This document shows positions 8,394 through 18,384 of a stretch of 32,000 bases of DNA, piece after piece (position 1 is the first letter of the stretch; each line of letters opens with the position of its first letter). Source of the stretch: Gemmata obscuriglobus (lineage in GTDB: Bacteria; Planctomycetota; Planctomycetia; Gemmatales; Gemmataceae); assembly GCF_008065095.1 (NCBI RefSeq), contig NZ_CP042911.1, positions 6,780,001 through 6,812,000 on the forward strand, read 5' to 3'. The notes beneath the pieces are model-generated. The model made no database searches and was not told the origin of the DNA. It saw only the letters and a list, made by a program, of their open reading frames with translations. A program made the position numbers and the translations under genes.

Positions 8394-11018
8394 TCAGGCG
8401 CGCCACCCGAGCACGACTTCCAGCGCGGGCGTCCCGACCGCCCACACGCCGTTGGGGTCTTCGAGCGTCAACCGCACCGGTTGGTTGCCGTCGCGCCGGA
8501 GGTTGAGCGGGCGGCGACCGCCCAGGCGCAGCACGTCCGCCAGTTTCACCCGCGCTCGCGGGGCCGCGAGATCGCCCACGAATAGTAGCAGTGTCAGTTC
8601 AGGGTCGAGTGCGTCCGCCGTAACGCCTCCGTCACCGAACGCAACCGACAAGAACGTGAACTGCCCCGCGGCCCCGGTCACGGAGTCGTACAGGATCGCC
8701 CCGTCCGCCGGTGCGTGCTGCCCCGCCTTCACCGAAACATGCACGTCACCGGCTGGTGGCACCTTTTTTCGCCGGTTGCTCACCGTACCACCGGGGGCAA
8801 CCTGGCTGAACTCGTGCATTAGGAACTCATCCGAAGTGGCCTTCTTCTTCATCTGTGGGGGCGAAAGGCTCCTCTGCCGCTCCAACGGATCGTAGTCCGT
8901 GGTCGTGTCGCCGGCTGCGTCCGCGCAGAAGTCCACGAGCATCGAGTCCACCGACTCGACGACGGCATCGGCCGGCATGGCCGGGGCGGGGCACGGCAGT
9001 GCGGCCGGCCCCGCGAAGTGCGCGCGGAACCTGCGCCGCGCGGGCTTTATCCCTGCCCGAAGGGTCATGAACTGGTCCGACCAGCCCGCCGGCAGCGCGT
9101 TCGCCACCGCAACCGTCCCCTGCACCGGCCGCCCGGCTTCCGACCGCACCGCCACGAACGCCGTTTCCGAACTCGGCACGCCGGCCGCCAGCGACTCGCG
9201 CACGAGCAGCTTGCGGACCGCGGAACTCGCCGACTCGCCGGCGTTCTCGGCGAACACCTTTTCCTCGCCGAGTTCCGCGGGCTCGTACCCGAGTCGCGTC
9301 ACCTGCGAGCGCAGATCTTCGCCCTCGGTCCCGCCGGTGAGCAGGTACTCGAGCCGGCGAACGCGGTCGGCGCCGAAGAACGCCTTCAGTTGCTGGGTTA
9401 TTCCCTTCCCGTCGGCGTGAACTTCCGCGACCGTTTCGGCGCCGGTGCGGAGCCGGAACGTCAGTGGGTCGGTGCCGAGCGGCGCACGCCCGAGCAGCCA
9501 CACCGGGCGCCCGGCGGGCAAGTCTCCTACGTCAATCGCGCTCGTGGGGCCGGGCACGACCAGGGCGACCGAGCGCCCCGTCGCTTCGGCCCCGGCGCGG
9601 TTCACTTCGAGCGTCAACCCGGTGAGCACGGGCGCGGACCAGTCGGCGAGCACCTCGTCGAGCGCGGTGGTCACGTCATCGTCGTCGGGGTTGCTCGTAA
9701 GAAACCGTGACACGCCCCCGCCGCGTTCGGCCAGCTCCGACGCCAAAGCCGCGTTGGGCGCCGCGTCGATGCACAGCACGCTGATCCGCCGCCGGTTCGG
9801 CTTCTCGGACTCCAGATCGGCGAGCCGCAGGATGCGCCCCGCGTCGGTAACTTCGGCGTCCGTGAGGATCAGTACGTGCCGCGCCGGCGTTTCGGCACTC
9901 CGAGAGCGGGCGAGCGCCTGTTCCAGCGCGACCCCAAGTTCCGTGCCGCCCTGGTCGCGGTTCAGCTTGAGGAACTCAACCGCAGCACGGACGTTCTCGG
10001 GCGTGGCCTTGCGGGTGCGCTCGCCGAACCACTTGGTTGTGCTGTGAAACAGCCCCAGTGAGAACGCATCGTCTTCACTCAGCCCGGCGAGGAAGCGCTC
10101 CACGGCCCAGTCCGCAGCTTCCCATTTTGCCCCGGACATCGACCCCGAGTGGTCCACGAGCAGGATCACCTCCCGGGGCACCTTCTTCGCATCGGCGAAC
10201 TTCGGCGGCGCGCACAGCGCGAGGAAATACGCCTTACCCGTTGCGGGGTCGGGTTGGGTCCACACCCTTAGCGCGCTCCGGTCTTCGGCCTTCGCCCGCC
10301 AGATGAGAACGCAATCGCGGTCCGGGATCACCTCCCCTTCGCGCAACTGCGCCCGGTCGCGCTCAACCGCCAGCGCGTGCGTGGCGCTGGTGACCCGTTC
10401 GGCTTCAGCAAAGGTGACGTTGAGTGCGAACCGGTGACCGGGGTCGCGCAGCAGCGCGAGCGGCTGACCGTCCGCGTGGCGAGAGGTGCTCTCGTCGGCG
10501 CGCACGTAGCGCGGCGCGGTCGTGAGTGGCACCCGGAGCGACCAGCCGGCGCCTTCAGCCTTCGCCACTTGCACATAATCGGTGCGGACAACGACCTCTT
10601 CGCCCGTGCGAATACCCGCGACCGACAGCGTGAACACGTCGGGCGATTCGCGCGTCACGAGGGCCGCCTGACGGCCCGCGCTCTTCGCGGCTTTGTACTC
10701 GCCTTCGGCCTTTTCACGCTCCTTGAGTTCGGTTCGGATCTCGGCGGCCCCGAAACGCACCTGGACGCCGGTCACGGCCGCGTCACCGGGGAGCGGGAAC
10801 CGGTAAACGGCCTCGATCGGACCAGTGACCGCATCCGGCAGCGCGAAGGTCTGCGCCAGCGCCAGCACCGCGAGCGGCCCGGTCACAGTACCGGTCAGCT
10901 CAGTCCGTTTGAGGGGTACGAACTGCCGCGGAGCGTCGGGGGCGGGCGAATCATCCGCGACTTCGAGCACACCGAACCCGTCCGGCCGCGAGTTGTAGAA
11001 AATCCCTGTGTTAAGCAT
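8394..11018 (-). CDS. VIT domain plus von Willebrand factor A (vWA) domain protein with a long uncharacterised C-terminal region and no signal peptide
   Basis: 874-aa ORF with GAGG 5 nt upstream of the ATG. The N-terminal VIT-like region is VYRFPLPGDAAVTGVQVRFGAAEIRTELKEREKAEGEYKAAKSAGRQAALV. The vWA MIDAS motif is VILLVDHSGSMSG (DxSxS). The N-terminus MLNTGIFYNSRPDGFGVLEV is not signal-like. Confidence 0.85.
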   Translation of the reverse strand: MLNTGIFYNSRPDGFGVLEVADDSPAPDAPRQFVPLKRTELTGTVTGPLAVLALAQTFALPDAVTGPIEAVYRFPLPGDAAVTGVQVRFGAAEIRTELKEREKAEGEYKAAKSAGRQAALVTRESPDVFTLSVAGIRTGEEVVVRTDYVQVAKAEGAGWSLRVPLTTAPRYVRADESTSRHADGQPLALLRDPGHRFALNVTFAEAERVTSATHALAVERDRAQLREGEVIPDRDCVLIWRAKAEDRSALRVWTQPDPATGKAYFLALCAPPKFADAKKVPREVILLVDHSGSMSGAKWEAADWAVERFLAGLSEDDAFSLGLFHSTTKWFGERTRKATPENVRAAVEFLKLNRDQGGTELGVALEQALARSRSAETPARHVLILTDAEVTDAGRILRLADLESEKPNRRRISVLCIDAAPNAALASELAERGGGVSRFLTSNPDDDDVTTALDEVLADWSAPVLTGLTLEVNRAGAEATGRSVALVVPGPTSAIDVGDLPAGRPVWLLGRAPLGTDPLTFRLRTGAETVAEVHADGKGITQQLKAFFGADRVRRLEYLLTGGTEGEDLRSQVTRLGYEPAELGEEKVFAENAGESASSAVRKLLVRESLAAGVPSSETAFVAVRSEAGRPVQGTVAVANALPAGWSDQFMTLRAGIKPARRRFRAHFAGPAALPCPAPAMPADAVVESVDSMLVDFCADAAGDTTTDYDPLERQRSLSPPQMKKKATSDEFLMHEFSQVAPGGTVSNRRKKVPPAGDVHVSVKAGQHAPADGAILYDSVTGAAGQFTFLSVAFGDGGVTADALDPELTLLLFVGDLAAPRARVKLADVLRLGGRRPLNLRRDGNQPVRLTLEDPNGVWAVGTPALEVVLGWRA

Positions 11019-11237
11019 GCCTGCCTCGGTTCTGAGATTGGGGTGAAATGAAACGCTCGGCTCGACACCACTTCGGACAGGATTCTCACCAGTTCGCGTG
11101 CCCGCTCCCGGTCTCGGAAAGGAAATGTGTGATTTGCGGCACGCACTAGACCGGGACGGCGAATCCCGGCGGTCGCGCTATGCCACGCCCATGATACACC
11201 CGACACGCACCGAGGGGCAGCGGGTTCGCGGCAGGCG

Positions 11238-11265
11238 TTGTGCCGTCAGGGGACGTGGGTATAAT
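11238..11265 (+). promoter_or_regulatory. Putative sigma-70-type promoter for the SMI1/KNR4 gene
   Basis: TTGTGC (11238-11243), a 16-nt spacer, then a perfect TATAAT (11260-11265), 30 nt upstream of the ATG at 11296. The same TTGTGC hexamer also occurs upstream of the exonuclease gene (6718-6723). Promoter rules in this lineage are poorly known. Confidence 0.35.
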
Positions 11266-11295
11266 CCGCCGGGTTGTGAGAACGTGGGAGAAACA

Positions 11296-11874
11296 ATGGA
11301 TTGGTCCGCCGAACACGCGCTGTTCCGAAACTGGGGCGTCGAACTCGCTCCCGGTTTGACCACCGCCGAACTCGCCCGCGCGGAAGAACGCGTCGGGTGC
11401 CGGTTCCCACCCGACCTCCGCTCGTTCCTTCAGACCGGACTCCCCACGGGACGCGGCTGGCCCGACTGGCGGAACCCGGAATCCGAGTACATCGCTTACC
11501 GACTCGCCTGGCCGGAACAGCAAATGCTGTTCGACATCGAACGCAACAAGTGGTGGCCACCGGTTTGGGGACCGCGGCCGCCGGCACTCGCCGAAGCGTT
11601 CGCGGTTGGGTGCGAGCGGTTACGGTCAGAGCCCAAACTGATCCCGGTCTTCGGCCACCGGTTTCTGCCCGCCGAGCCAGACGAGGCGGGCAACCCCGTG
11701 ATCTCCATGTACCAGATGGTGGACAGCGTCTATTACGGGCGTGACCTCCACACCTACTTCGCCCGCGAGAACGACCCGTTCATCCGGGAACCGCTCGGCG
11801 CGGTCCGGAAGATCCGCTTCTGGAGCAGTGTGATTGAAGAGTGGTACAACGTCCGTGTGCCGCCGCCGGTGTGA
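11296..11874 (+). CDS. SMI1/KNR4 (SUKH-1 superfamily) protein
   Basis: Track ORF 11098..11874. The start is taken at ATG 11296, preceded by GGGAGAAACA. MDWSAEHALFRNWGVELAPGLTTAELARAEERVGCRFPPDLRSFLQTGLP matches the characteristic SMI1_KNR4 N-terminal pattern (...E.A...LG..LP.D...FL). Confidence 0.75.
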   Translation: MDWSAEHALFRNWGVELAPGLTTAELARAEERVGCRFPPDLRSFLQTGLPTGRGWPDWRNPESEYIAYRLAWPEQQMLFDIERNKWWPPVWGPRPPALAEAFAVGCERLRSEPKLIPVFGHRFLPAEPDEAGNPVISMYQMVDSVYYGRDLHTYFARENDPFIREPLGAVRKIRFWSSVIEEWYNVRVPPPV

Positions 11875-11879
11875 GCCGA

Positions 11880-12479
11880 TCACCCGGCGGGCGGGCGCAT
11901 TTGCACGATGAACCGCCCGATCCCGGTCAGGAACATCTGCACCGCGATCGCCACCAGCACCATACCCATCAGGCGCTCCAGCGCGGTCAGCCCCCGCTGT
12001 CCCAACACGTGCCGCAGTTTGGCGCCGAGTGACACCACGAGCGCGACCCCGAGCCACGCGACCGTCACCGCCCCGAGCCATTCGGGCCACCGGTTCGGTT
12101 CGCGGCTCATGAGGAGCAGTTCCACCGCAAGCACCGACGGGCCGGCGACATAGGGGATCGCCAGCGGTACGAGGAACGGCTCGCTGTCCACGTCCTCTTG
12201 GAGCGGGCGCTCCGGCGACGGGAACACCATCCGCACCGCGATCAGGAACAGGATCACCCCGCCCGAAATGGACAGCGCCGGTTCGGAGATGTGCATCGCG
12301 GCGAGCATGAACTGCCCGACGAACAGGAACGCCACCATCACGAGGTACGCGATCACCAGTTCGCGGCGGATCACGAAGTTCTGGCGCGCCGGATCGACGT
12401 GTTTGAGCGCCGCTAGAAAGAACGGGATGTTCCCGAGCGGGTCCATCACCAAGAACAGTAGCACCGCGGCGGCACCCAT
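11880..12479 (-). CDS. MarC / UPF0056 family integral membrane protein
   Basis: This is the C-terminal 199 codons of track ORF 11880..13196, from ATG 12479: MGAAAVLLFLVMDPLGNIPFFLAAL...PFLVPLAIPYVAGPSVLA. The sequence is hydrophobic with multiple predicted helices. The upstream part of the track ORF is Arg/Ser/Pro junk that overlaps the next gene in another frame. Confidence 0.85.
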   Translation of the reverse strand: MGAAAVLLFLVMDPLGNIPFFLAALKHVDPARQNFVIRRELVIAYLVMVAFLFVGQFMLAAMHISEPALSISGGVILFLIAVRMVFPSPERPLQEDVDSEPFLVPLAIPYVAGPSVLAVELLLMSREPNRWPEWLGAVTVAWLGVALVVSLGAKLRHVLGQRGLTALERLMGMVLVAIAVQMFLTGIGRFIVQMRPPAG

Positions 12480-12549
12480 ACTTCGCCCTTCGAGAGACGG
12501 TCCCCCCTTCCCCGTTCTACCGACCGTCGCGCCGGGCGAACACGCAGGG

Positions 12550-13521
12550 CTACCGTCTCTCGATCCGGAACGGCTGTTCCACCAGAAACGGCCGCGTTTC
12601 CGGCTTCGCGCCCTGTTGGCGAAGGCTGAGCAATTGCGGCCACGGGATGTTGAAGTCGTCGCGTGCGATGCCCGCGGTGCGCCGGGAACTTTCGCGGGGT
12701 CGGTGGTCGATCCCCGCCTGGGCCGGCAGGTAAAGCGCGGCCGAGCCGACGTTCTTCCAGCCGTCCCGTTCGCCGACCAGTGGCGCCACGAGTACCGCGG
12801 CGCCGAGTTCGACGGCCCGCCCGGAGGCGGTGCGTAAAATTCGCGCGACTCCGTCCTCGTCGGCCGTGGCGGTAGGAGCGAGGAGCAGTTGAACGCCTTC
12901 CTTCTTGAGCGCAGCGGACACGTCCGGCATCTCCAGCGTGAAGCACACGACCACCGCGACGCGACCACCGCGGAACTCGAACACCGGGAGCACTTCGCCG
13001 GGCCGGATCGGCGGGTCTTCGATCCGTTCGCCCTGCGTGGGATGGATTTTGTCTGCGAAGTGCCAGCTCCCGTTGAGAAGCACCGGGGAGCGGTTGAGCG
13101 CGTGCGTCTCGTTCGCGTCCTGATGCGCGTAGCTGCCGAGGCAGACGAGCATCCCGGCACCGGCGGCCACCTTGACCGCGGGGAGCAGAACCTCATTCAC
13201 GCAACGGGTACACCACTCGTGCGGGCGCTCGTCGGGTGCGTGGGCCAACAGTCCGCTGACGAATAGCTCAGGGAACACGAGCACATCGACGCCGTCCGCC
13301 GACGCCTTACGCGTTTCCTGAACCACGCGGGCGATCCAGTCGGCTTCGGACGCGAATCGGAGGCCGATGTCCCACGATACCACTCGCGCCTTCAGCCCAC
13401 CCGCGAGAGGCGCATCGACCGCGGGTACGGTATCCGGCGCACCAACGGGCTCGCGCCGGCACGTCACCACTACCGCCACGGCGAACAGCGCAACGGCGGC
13501 GAGCAGGAGCGCGTACCGCAT
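12550..13521 (-). CDS. Carbon-nitrogen hydrolase (nitrilase superfamily) protein with N-terminal membrane anchor or signal
   Basis: A Glu-Lys-Cys triad context is visible: DVLVFPELF, FADKIHPT and VAVVVCFTLEMP. The N-terminus MRYALLLAAVALFAVAVVVTC is hydrophobic. Confidence 0.75.
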   Translation of the reverse strand: MRYALLLAAVALFAVAVVVTCRREPVGAPDTVPAVDAPLAGGLKARVVSWDIGLRFASEADWIARVVQETRKASADGVDVLVFPELFVSGLLAHAPDERPHEWCTRCVNEVLLPAVKVAAGAGMLVCLGSYAHQDANETHALNRSPVLLNGSWHFADKIHPTQGERIEDPPIRPGEVLPVFEFRGGRVAVVVCFTLEMPDVSAALKKEGVQLLLAPTATADEDGVARILRTASGRAVELGAAVLVAPLVGERDGWKNVGSAALYLPAQAGIDHRPRESSRRTAGIARDDFNIPWPQLLSLRQQGAKPETRPFLVEQPFRIERR

Positions 13522-13533
13522 CGGGGCCTCGGT

Positions 13534-14223
13534 TCACGAAACGGGCGGGGACATCTCGTACACCGCGACCGGGCGCGGGTTGCCGGTTTCGCCGATCGAC
13601 CACCGCGAGTGCGCGGCGCGCCAACCGGCCTCGACCATCTCCTCCAACAGATGGCGGCTCACGTTCCGATAAGGGTCCGCGAGCAGCACCCGGCCGCCCG
13701 GCGCGAGGTTGGTTCGGAAGATGGACCGCAGTTCGTCGTGCAGGGTGTGCGCGTACAACACGTCGGAGCCGATGATCCAATCGTAACGGGTGGTATCGGT
13801 CCACTCGGTCCAGTCGGCTTCACGGTGCTCGACGCCCGTAACCTGGTTCCGCGCGCAGTTGGTTTGGCAGAGGTGGATGGCGAGTTCGTTCCGGTCGGTT
13901 TGGACCACACGCGCCCCGAGCGACGCGGCGACGATCCCGGGCAGGCCAGTCCCGGCCCCCAGTTCGAGTACCGAGCGCCCGCGGAACTCGGACTCGCGCA
14001 CCGCGATCTCGTGCGCCAGTGCGATCGATGCGGGCCAGAGGACGGCCCCATAGGGGAGCGGGTTGTCCGGGTCGGTAACGAACCGGTCCTCGGTGTCTCG
14101 GTTCAGAATGGCGGCGGCGTGGAGCAGGGACCACTGCCGCCCGCCGACCTTGAGTTTACATTCTGCGAGCGGGAAATCGCCGGCGGTGGTATTAAGCAGC
14201 GGCGCGTGCGTGGGTCGGCTCAT
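13534..14223 (-). CDS. Class I SAM-dependent methyltransferase (Methyltransf_16 / protein-lysine MTase-like)
   Basis: Motif I is VLELGAGTGLPGIVAASLGARVVQTDR, followed by the post-I acidic residue and DWIIGSDVLY (motif IV-like). The stop lies 12 nt from the downstream hydrolase start, consistent with an operon. Confidence 0.8.
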   Translation of the reverse strand: MSRPTHAPLLNTTAGDFPLAECKLKVGGRQWSLLHAAAILNRDTEDRFVTDPDNPLPYGAVLWPASIALAHEIAVRESEFRGRSVLELGAGTGLPGIVAASLGARVVQTDRNELAIHLCQTNCARNQVTGVEHREADWTEWTDTTRYDWIIGSDVLYAHTLHDELRSIFRTNLAPGGRVLLADPYRNVSRHLLEEMVEAGWRAAHSRWSIGETGNPRPVAVYEMSPPVS

Positions 14224-14332
14224 CAGTCCGTCGGGTCCAGAAGTGTGATTCTGCGGTCAAGATGAGTTTACGCCGCCGTACCGGAAAATGCGACTGTCGC
14301 CCGCGCTGGCGCGTCGGTAAACCGCACCCGCT

Positions 14333-14845
14333 TCACACGCGGCTTGAGACCGAACGCACGGCTCGTGCTGCCGGCTGCCCGTCACCGAAAACGGGTGCGG
14401 GCGGCAGCAGTGCGAAGTCGAGCGGACGGCTCGGTTCACCGCACGCGCGCCCCCCGGTCCACACGACATCAACCGTTAGCACGTAAAGCCGCACTCCGCG
14501 GAACACCGGTCCCGGACACCCGCCGGTGCGCACGATCCGGAGGTGGCCCGCCGGGAACCCAGCGAACGGGCGGTCGTTGTGACAGCCCTGCACACCGCTC
14601 TCCAGCAGTTCCGAGTGCCCCACCTCGATCCGGCGGCACGGGAACGCCTCGCCGGGCAGTGCGGCATCGGCGGTCAATGCGCTTTCGGAACCGAATGCGG
14701 CGGCAACCGACTCCTCGAACGAGCGGAACCGCAACGCCGGCGCGGCGTGCGTTGTCGATCGGGCGAGAGCGCCGGCACCGGAACTCAGCCCGAACGGAAG
14801 CGCCAGCCCGAGCGCGGTAAGAACGGATCGGCGGTCCTGACTCAT
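14333..14845 (-). CDS. Small hypothetical protein with twin-arginine (Tat)-like signal peptide
   Basis: Track ORF 14333..14989. The start is taken at ATG 14845 (MSQDRRSVLTALGLALPFGLSSGAGALA), which has an RR-x-V-L plus hydrophobic-core plus AxA pattern. Codon bias is coding-like and there are five Cys residues. I recognise no family. Confidence 0.55.
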   Translation of the reverse strand: MSQDRRSVLTALGLALPFGLSSGAGALARSTTHAAPALRFRSFEESVAAAFGSESALTADAALPGEAFPCRRIEVGHSELLESGVQGCHNDRPFAGFPAGHLRIVRTGGCPGPVFRGVRLYVLTVDVVWTGGRACGEPSRPLDFALLPPAPVFGDGQPAARAVRSVSSRV

Positions 14846-14922
14846 CACGAACCCTCTGGCGGTAATTGGGGGAAATGAGCGCGGGCGCCGACGGGTTCGT
14901 CGGCGCCCGGAACCAAAGACGT

Positions 14923-17025
<2,103 letters not shown>

Positions 17026-17454
17026 GTGCGTTTGCTCTGTATTTTCCAGGAGATAGTGCCCGGTGCCGTGTGAAGCGGAGTGTGAGGGCCGCAAATACTG
17101 CACCGAACCAGCGGTGTGATCCGGCAACGACTGTCGGGAAGATACGCAGCGAGTGTGTGCCGCAGAAGTGAGAGACGCGGAGGTATGGTGTAACGCCTGA
17201 GCGTCCAACGGGCTGACTTGCGGGTCGCAGCGCACCGAGCCACTGCCCCGCAATCGTTTCACTGCTTCGCAGAGTGAAGCGAGAACATGAGAACCGAACC
17301 GCGGTGACGGGGAGATGAAGAACGGAACTCGTCTCGACCGCGGATGCACGAGAGCGGGCGAGACCGATTCGAAACATCGCCCCTGCGGGGCGACGACCAA
17401 CACAACGGGAAACCGTGAGGGGCACGGTTCGATAGCGGCAACCTGTTCCGTGAC

Positions 17455-17748
17455 TCAGTACAGCTTCTGGAGCGGTGGGTCGGACTGAAGGATCGCGCCC
17501 TTTTCGTCCGCGGTCACGAAGTAGCTGTTCGGAATACGGTTCCCGGTCTCGCTCTCACCGATCCACACGTTGACGCGGAACTTGCTCCCCCATAGCGGGA
17601 GCACGGCCACCTTCAGCAACTGGGCCGGGCGTCCCAACGCAGCAAGTACGGCAACCCGGATCGCGGCCTCGCGCGGCCGGTTGGCCGCTTCCGCCGCAGC
17701 CACGGGCGCGACGTCCGAAAGCGTTTCGACTTTGGATGCGGTCGACAT
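17455..17748 (-). CDS. Small hypothetical protein (97 aa)
   Basis: Track ORF 17455..17793. I prefer the internal ATG at 17748, which has GAGG 6 nt upstream (MSTASKVETLSD...). The C-terminal half KFRVNVWIGESETGNRIPNSYFVTADEKGAILQSDPPL looks protein-like. I recognise no family. Confidence 0.5.
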   Translation of the reverse strand: MSTASKVETLSDVAPVAAAEAANRPREAAIRVAVLAALGRPAQLLKVAVLPLWGSKFRVNVWIGESETGNRIPNSYFVTADEKGAILQSDPPLQKLY

Positions 17749-18231
17749 CGGAACCTCGAGTTCGGGCGTGTGTAGAGTCCCACCGGGTCGCACAAGCGAG
17801 ACCAGCAGGAATAGCGTTCGGTTATGGGTTCGGGCTCACACCTTTAGAACGCGGCCACCGTCGGGCGATTCGGAAGAGTTCCAGAAATAGAAACCGCCCG
17901 GCCCGGGGAAGCATTACAGCTTCCGACCCGGACACGGGCAGAGTTCCGAAGGCGAACCCGGAACGTGATCGAACGCGTGCGAGCAACACAATCGAGCACC
18001 GGACGAACAAATTACGGCGGTGGGGCAGTCGTGTACGACAGTTACCGAGCGGCAGGCCAAATTTTTTCACCAAGTCGCACAGCGGACCGATTCGCAGCAC
18101 TTTTCGCAAATTGCCCAAACAAACAGTCATCTGACTTGACTGTCCGAGAGTCCGGCAGTTGGTTCTCGAATATCCATTTTTTCGGTTCGTGGACTTGATC
18201 CCGCCACCCGCACGCGGATACAGTTCCCATA

Positions 18232-18297
18232 GACCGGCCGCGGTCACCGAGGTGAATGGGCGACGCCTCGACGATTTGCGGCCGGTCCTTTTTTTTT
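18232..18297 (+). terminator. Strong orphan intrinsic terminator (10-bp GC stem, branched arm, U9 tract)
   Basis: GACCGGCCGC (18232-18241) pairs perfectly with GCGGCCGGTC (18278-18287). The enclosed 36 nt contain an inner CGAGG/CCTCG stem. The hairpin is followed by C and nine T (18289-18297). No co-directional gene lies upstream. Confidence 0.6.
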
Positions 18298-18384
18298 GTT
18301 TCACACACACCTCAGACATTTCTCCTAAACCAACTCTTCCCAGTCAGACCGTCGTGAGGTGCCAAGCTCGCGCGCCAATCCATC

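Noticed and set aside
8233-8445. Longer start (8445) for the WD40 gene
   Set aside because: The extra 71 aa are Arg/Ala-rich and not WD-like. They would overlap the 3' end of the VIT-vWA gene by ~50 nt. The internal ATG at 8232 has a Shine-Dalgarno-like GGAGAAG. The start remains uncertain.
12480-13196. N-terminal 239 aa of the 438-aa ORF 11880..13196
   Set aside because: It is Arg/Ser/Pro-rich and overlaps the C-N hydrolase gene out of frame. Only the last 199 codons (MarC family) look like a protein.
17822-18319. 165-aa minus-strand ORF and other ORFs (17736..18134+, 17965..18198+) in the 17749-18384 gap
   Set aside because: They are Arg/Lys/Ser/Cys-rich, overlap one another in different frames and have no codon bias. 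They are treated as non-coding.
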